Assembly: GCA_000320545.1 (NCBI GenBank)
Contig: ADNK01003501.1
Span: 12,887-76,886 of the forward strand
Length of the DNA: 64,000 nt
From: Bigelowiella natans CCMP2755
Taxonomy: Eukaryota; Protista; Cercozoa
Direction: 5' to 3'
In this document: positions 62,360-64,000 of the stretch, piece after piece
Layout: every line of letters starts with the position of its first letter
Numbering within the stretch: the first letter of the stretch is position 1
Made by a program: the position numbers and the translations under genes
The notes under the pieces: model-generated
The model's database searches: none
What the model was told of the DNA's origin: nothing
What the model saw: only the letters and a program-made list of their open reading frames with translations

Positions 62360-63700
62360 TGTAGTTGTATTGCGCAGCGCTAACAACACAACTGTGCAAT
62401 GTATGCTTTTACAATGCTTTAAATCCACAAAACTAAAACCCTGTTGAATAGATAACATGACATGAGCATGCATGAGCAAACTACCAAAGGAGAAAGCTTA
62501 CCGCTTGCTTGCGGGTCTTTTAGAGTGTGCTAAACTAGCGCGTTGCGCGCCAATACACATCATGTGCTGGGCACACAGCGTCCCCAGCAGCAACATGCTA
62601 CGCAGCAGCAGTTGCCCAAAATATTAGGGAAAATGTAGGCCATTTTCCCCTATAATATTACAATACGTAGGCCGACTCCATGTCGTAAGTAAAATACCGA
62701 GGGTGCTCCTAGGAACATCCACGGTTGGGGAAACAACCGAGAAGGATGTTCCCAGTTGCACGTGCCCCCTCCTATAACTGTATTTCCGGGCATGTAACTC
62801 ACGTTACATGCCCCTATATGACTAACTAAGGCACAGGAACGATAGCCTGAACCTATATAAACATGCTCACATGCAAATGTAAGATATAATAAAGCACAGC
62901 ATGCACTACCATTTATGCTATGCATGTACATGCGCGCTTACATGCATTTGGTGGTCGCAAACTGACCCCACTCCCCCCCCCCCCCAATTTTTGCACCCCT
63001 AACTCAATAATAACAACATATGAGTAGGATCACGCGTGCTAGAAGAAAATTAGAAGAAAAGGGAAGAAAAGAAAAATTTTGCACCAACTGCACCGCCACC
63101 AATTTATTTATACAGTAGCATATATTTGCGAAAATACAAAATCTACGAAATATACGGACCTATATCCGCCGGTCTCCTATTACGTTTACCCCGGACGATG
63201 TTATCCCGCGAAAATTCGGTTACCCAGAAGGCCCCTGGGAATCCCGACGAGTCTGAGGAACCATCCGAAGCCTCATTCTCGTCGGCAGCAAATTTCTCCT
63301 CTACATCTGGAGCTACCGGGGCGCACTTCTGGTAACGGGGTAAATGTACCATAAGGCGAAAGATATTTCGCGTGTACATTATTATTATACCCCGTTCTCG
63401 GGTCAATAATTTGATAGGAATGGGATCTGCTACTCCTGGCCATGATAGTCACAGGGCCAGTCTTTGTAATTTCATATTTTTTCGTAACAGCATTTTCTTT
63501 GACGATTTTCCTTGCGGAAAATTCCACACCATGATCCCCTACTTTATATTCGTCGTTGACAAGCGAAGCTTGCTCGTCAATTCGTGAAATTTTTCTGATA
63601 ATTTAGTAATCCTCTTTCACTAGTAGCATACAACATTAGCAGGGCATTGTCTTTCTGGATCCTCTATACGAGGTCCCCGGTATCTGGGGGCACCTCCGCA
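62360..63700 (-). mobile_element. Young copy A3, inverted: 3' LTR (62360-62970), PPT and 3' end of pol
   Basis: Reverse complement of the A2 3' LTR and integrase tail (..RPADIGPYIS*). Similarity decays with indels toward the window end. Confidence 0.88.
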
Positions 63701-64000
63701 CAATCTTCTTTCTCTATCCCCAACCCCCGCTAAGCTCTGGCTCTGAGCTGATCCGGGGAGAAACCACGATATATTTCAACGGAATTCCCAATCAGGGGAA
63801 TTTTTTTCAAATATTCAACGCAGTAAGTAAGTTAAGGGACAACATCCAGTAGCATCAGCAGCAACATCTCTCTCCTCAAAATCAAAATTTCGAGAAAATA
63901 TCACTGCCTGTGAGAAAAAAATCAAATTTATTCATTTATTATACAATATAATAGATATGCTATAACCCTCCTCTTCATGCTCTCCCCCCTCCTACAGATC

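Noticed and set aside
57200-63700. Simple fold-back read artefact
   Set aside because: The 3.76-kb spacer is not palindromic and the two LTR flanks differ. Misassembly is still not excluded.
63200-64000. Divergent or frameshifted pol as a distinct element
   Set aside because: Indels increase steadily toward the window end although the LTR is near-identical to A2. Most likely low-quality consensus or contig-end sequence.

Overview
Eukaryotic, intron- and microsatellite-rich genomic DNA, probably from a protist; I cannot name the species. The left two-thirds (1-43 kb) is host gene space: a bZIP transcription factor, a very large Ser-rich exon, a multi-exon INTS11/CPSF3L gene that the ORF track misses, a CENP-E-like kinesin, a mitochondrial carrier and hypothetical genes. 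The right third (44.8-64 kb) is a nest of Ty3/Gypsy-type LTR retrotransposons. It holds an old copy A1, a young intact copy A2 with 611-bp LTRs and a single 1812-aa gag-pol ORF, an inverted partial young copy A3, remnants of families B and C, and a 435-bp mini-element with palindromic ends. The main finding is a targeted hypermutation signature. Old repeats have lost almost every TpA dinucleotide through TA->TG, TA->CA or TA->CG transitions on both strands, the opposite direction to fungal RIP. Tyr becomes Cys/His, TAA/TAG stops disappear, and surviving TpAs are mostly in CTAG/TAG/CTA. The two LTRs of A1 resolved the same ancestral TAs differently, so the process acted on chromosomal DNA after integration. 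Genes, intronic (TA)n runs and young insertions are untouched. This looks like a repeat-directed A:T->G:C genome-defence or DNA-modification system; its enzyme is not encoded in this window. All comparisons were made by eye and no counts or searches were run.
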